This document shows positions 60,953 to 64,000 of a DNA stretch of 64,000 nt, piece after piece. Within the stretch, counting starts at the first letter, position 1; every line of letters begins with the position of its first letter. This stretch comes from Dehalococcoidia bacterium. Its GTDB lineage: Bacteria; Chloroflexota; Dehalococcoidia; UBA2979. The position numbers and the translations under genes were made by a program. The notes beneath the pieces were generated by a model. The model saw only the letters and a program-made list of their open reading frames with translations. It was not told the DNA's origin and did no database searches. The stretch lies in contig OZ244720.1 of NCBI GenBank assembly GCA_965219085.1, positions 1,472,001 through 1,536,000 on the forward strand, read 5' to 3'.

Positions 60953-62293
60953 GTGGCGCAGCAGCAGACCGCTCCTCCCCAGCGGCCGCGGCTGCTGCAG
61001 GCGGCCGTCGACGCGTTCCAGCAGCCCGATATCCGCCAGAAGATCCTGTTCACGCTCGCGATGCTGCTCATCTTCCGCTTCGTCGCGCACGTGCCCGTGC
61101 CGGGCATCAACTCCGACGTGCTGCAGGACGTCTTCGACAACAACGCGATCCTTGGCTTCCTCAACATCTTCTCGGGCGGCGCGCTGGAGAACCTCTCCGT
61201 GGCCGCGCTCGGGGTCTACCCCTACATCACCGCCTCGATCGTGATGCAGCTCGCCGTGCCGCTCATCCCGCGGCTGCAGGCGCTGTCGCGCGAGGGCGAG
61301 TCCGGCCGGCAGCGGATCCAGCAGTACACGCACTACCTGTGCGTGCCGCTGGCCGCGTTCCAGGGCTACGCACAGCTGCTGCTGATCCAGCAGTTCGGCG
61401 GCGTGAGCGGCATCTCGCTGAGCGGCGCCGAGGCGCTCCCGACCGTCGCGACCATCGCCTCTATGGTGGCGGGCACGATGTTCCTCGTGTGGCTCGGCGA
61501 GCTGATCTCGGAGGAGGGCATCGGCAACGGCATCTCGCTCATCATCTTCAGCGGCATCGTCGCCGGGCTGCCGGGCATCGTCGGCCGGGCCGGGCTGTCC
61601 GGGACGGGCGCGACGCTGAGCGCGATCCTGCTGCTGGCGCTCATCACCCTCGCCGTCGTGGCGCTGATCGTGCTGTTCCAGGAGGCGCAGCGCCGCCTCC
61701 CCGTGCAGTACGCGAGGTCGACCATCCGTGGGGGGCGGATGTACCGGCAGCAGGGGCAGACGCACATACCGCTGCGGGTGAACACGGCGGGGATGATCCC
61801 GCTGATCTTCGCGTTCTCGATCATGATCTTCCCGCCTGCGTTCGCGCAGTTCGTGGCGGAGACCTCGGACGTGGGGTGGATCGCGGACGTGGCGCGGTTC
61901 GTCCAGAACACGCTCACGCCGGCGAACTTCATCTACTGGCTGCTGGTCTTCGTCATGGTCGTGCTGTTCGCGTTCTTCTACACGATGGTGGTGTTCCAGC
62001 AGCAGAACCTGGCCGAGAACCTCCAGCGGCAGGGTGGGTTCATCCCCGGCATCCGGCCGGGACGCCCGACGCAGGAGTACATCTCGCGGGTGCTGATCCG
62101 CATCACATGGGGCGGCGCCATCTTCCTCGGATTCGTCGCGATCCTGCCGTTCTTCGCCACGATGCTGACGAACGTGCAGGCGCTGCAGATCAGCGCCGCC
62201 GGGCTGCTGATCGTGGTGGGCGTCGTGATCGATACGATGCGGCAACTGGAAGCGCAGATGATGATGCGCAACTACGAAGGGTTCATAGCCTGA
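60953..62293 (+). CDS. secY: preprotein translocase SecY
   Basis: LGVYPYITASI, GIGNGISL, GGFIPGIRPG. Confidence 0.98.
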   Translation: MAQQQTAPPQRPRLLQAAVDAFQQPDIRQKILFTLAMLLIFRFVAHVPVPGINSDVLQDVFDNNAILGFLNIFSGGALENLSVAALGVYPYITASIVMQLAVPLIPRLQALSREGESGRQRIQQYTHYLCVPLAAFQGYAQLLLIQQFGGVSGISLSGAEALPTVATIASMVAGTMFLVWLGELISEEGIGNGISLIIFSGIVAGLPGIVGRAGLSGTGATLSAILLLALITLAVVALIVLFQEAQRRLPVQYARSTIRGGRMYRQQGQTHIPLRVNTAGMIPLIFAFSIMIFPPAFAQFVAETSDVGWIADVARFVQNTLTPANFIYWLLVFVMVVLFAFFYTMVVFQQQNLAENLQRQGGFIPGIRPGRPTQEYISRVLIRITWGGAIFLGFVAILPFFATMLTNVQALQISAAGLLIVVGVVIDTMRQLEAQMMMRNYEGFIA

Positions 62294-62856
62294 TGCGGCT
62301 GGTGATTCTGGGACTGATCGGCGCGGGCAAGGGCACGCAGGCCAAGATCTGCGCCGAACAGCACAACCTCCTCCACCTCTCGACCGGCGACATGCTGCGC
62401 GAGGCCGTCGCGGCCGGCACCGAGCTGGGCAACCAGGCCAACGAGTACATGACCTCCGGCCAGCTCGTCCCCGACGAGCTCGTGATCGACATGCTGCTCG
62501 AGCGCATCGGCCAGCCGGACGCCGAGGGCGGGTTCATCCTCGACGGCTTCCCGCGCACGGTCGGGCAGGCGGAGGCGCTGGAGACGGCGCTGACCGGGCG
62601 CTCGCTGGACATCGACACGGCGCCGTTCATCCGCGTGCCGGAGGAGATGCTGCTGGAGCGCGTCGCGCGCCGCGCGGAGATCGAGGGCCGCGCCGACGAC
62701 TCGCCGGAGGTGGCGCAGCGCCGCCTGCGCGAGCAGTCTGAGGGCATCGAAGGCGTCGCGAGCTTCTACGCGAGCCGCGGCAAGCTGCAGGACGTGGACG
62801 GCGTCGGCAGCGTCGAGGAAGTGAACGCGCGGCTGGAAGCCGCGCTGGCAGGCTAG
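62293..62856 (+). CDS. adk: adenylate kinase (short LID)
   Basis: GAGKGTQ, STGDMLR, LDGFPR, RADD. Confidence 0.96.
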   Translation: MRLVILGLIGAGKGTQAKICAEQHNLLHLSTGDMLREAVAAGTELGNQANEYMTSGQLVPDELVIDMLLERIGQPDAEGGFILDGFPRTVGQAEALETALTGRSLDIDTAPFIRVPEEMLLERVARRAEIEGRADDSPEVAQRRLREQSEGIEGVASFYASRGKLQDVDGVGSVEEVNARLEAALAG

Positions 62857-62908
62857 GTCCCGGTCACGCCCAGTGCGTGCCGGGTACATCGTGAAGGCGT
62901 AACATAGA

Positions 62909-63709
62909 TTGACGTCCGTCGAACTGAAGTCGTCAGACGAGATCGCGGTCATGCGCGAGGCCGGGCTTCGCAACGCCGAGGTGCGCAAGGTGCTCCTCGA
63001 CGCGATCGAGCCGGGCGTGACGGGCCGGGAGCTGGACGAGCTGGCGAAGGCGGAGATCGCGAAGCGCGACGCCGAGCCGACGTTCATGGGGTACGCGCCG
63101 GGCGGCAGACCGCCCTACCCGGGCGCGATTTGCTACTGCGTGAACGCGCAGCTCGTGCACGGGATTCCCGGCGACCTCGCGCTTGTGGAGGGGGACATCG
63201 TCAGTATCGACCTCGGCGTGACGTACCACGGCTACGTGTCGGACGCGGCGTTCACCGTTGCGGTGGGCGACGTGTCCCCGGAGGTCGCGGAGTTGCTGCG
63301 AGTGACGCAGGCCGCACTGCTCGCGGGAATCGAGCAGGCGCGTGCCGGGAAGTACCTGGGGGACGTCTCGCACGCGATCGGCGCGCAGGGGCAGCAGGCC
63401 GGGTACGGCATCATCCGCGAGTACGGCGGACACGGCGTGGGCCGGGAGATGCATGAAGCCCCGCACATCGCCAACTTCGGCCGGCCCGGCGTTGGGTACC
63501 GGCTGAAGGCCGGGATGGTCCTGGCGCTCGAGCCCATGTTCGCGATGGGCGGCGAGCGTACGTTCGAGGAGGAAGACCACTGGACGGTGAGCATGCTTGA
63601 CGGCAGCCTGTGCGCCCACTTCGAGGAGACGGTGGCGATCACCGGAGATGCGCCGGAGGTGCTGACCAGCCTCGCCCGGCTGCCCTCGCGAGCGGAGGCG
63701 ACGGCCTGA
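62909..63709 (+). CDS. map: type I methionine aminopeptidase
   Basis: VHGIP, GDIVSID, GHGVG, LEPM, AHFE. Confidence 0.96.
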   Translation: MTSVELKSSDEIAVMREAGLRNAEVRKVLLDAIEPGVTGRELDELAKAEIAKRDAEPTFMGYAPGGRPPYPGAICYCVNAQLVHGIPGDLALVEGDIVSIDLGVTYHGYVSDAAFTVAVGDVSPEVAELLRVTQAALLAGIEQARAGKYLGDVSHAIGAQGQQAGYGIIREYGGHGVGREMHEAPHIANFGRPGVGYRLKAGMVLALEPMFAMGGERTFEEEDHWTVSMLDGSLCAHFEETVAITGDAPEVLTSLARLPSRAEATA

Positions 63710-63960
63710 TGCCGCAACGCAAGGAGAAGCAGCGCCAGCAGCAGAAGAAGAAAGAGGTCATCGAGGTGGAGGGCGTCGTGCGCGACGCGCTCCCGAACGC
63801 GCAGTTCGACGTGGAGTTGCCAAACGGCCACCACGTCCTCGCGCACGTGTCGGGGAAGATGAAGGTGCACTACATCCGCATCCTTCTGGGCGACCGTGTG
63901 CTGGTGGAACTGAGCCCGTACGACCTCACGCGCGGACGGATCACGTACCGCTTCCGCTAG
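63709..63960 (+). CDS. infA: translation initiation factor IF-1
   Basis: [22 protein letters not shown]. Confidence 0.97.
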   Translation: MPQRKEKQRQQQKKKEVIEVEGVVRDALPNAQFDVELPNGHHVLAHVSGKMKVHYIRILLGDRVLVELSPYDLTRGRITYRFR

Positions 63961-63982
63961 ACGCGGACGGACGGAGCAGGCG

Positions 63983-64000
63983 ATGAAGGTACGAGCCTCT
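63983..64000 (+). CDS. rpmJ: 50S ribosomal protein L36 (5' fragment)
   Basis: MKVRAS after infA; truncated by the window end. Confidence 0.85.

Overview
High-GC bacterial chromosomal window, mostly core genes on the + strand. Gene content and architecture (rplI-dnaB-dnaD-tandem dnaC, S12 insertion, Zn-type S14, split b6-type cytochrome b) suggest a Chloroflexota/Dehalococcoidia-like organism; this is inference. It contains folate genes (folP, folK, folE, glyA), dispersed purine genes (purF, purM, purH, purQ, purL), rpsU-yqeY-7TM-HD, rpsF-ssb-rpsR, hom/thrC, an MshA-like glycosyltransferase next to a PIG-L deacetylase, and the str-S10-spc superoperon from rpsL to a truncated rpmJ. Small accessory cassettes sit between the core genes: orphan XRE and MNT antitoxins, Panacea plus a putative toxin, DUF1640-like coiled-coil genes, and a small protein plus aspartic protease. 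The best candidate for an undescribed system is a b6f-like Rieske/cytochrome b operon (11.25-15.6 kb). It has an unannotated 35-aa single-TM peptide, an extended subunit IV with an APWY Qo motif, a membrane-anchored cytochrome c fused to a type-1 blue-copper domain, and a downstream pair of desulforedoxin-like microproteins. Other notable signals are a LexA/DnaA-box-decorated promoter for the helicase/loader operon, acidic repeat tails on several ribosomal proteins, and a TAG-dominated stop-codon pattern. I saw no rRNA, tRNA, CRISPR array or transposase. All family assignments are from motif recognition by eye; no database searches were run.
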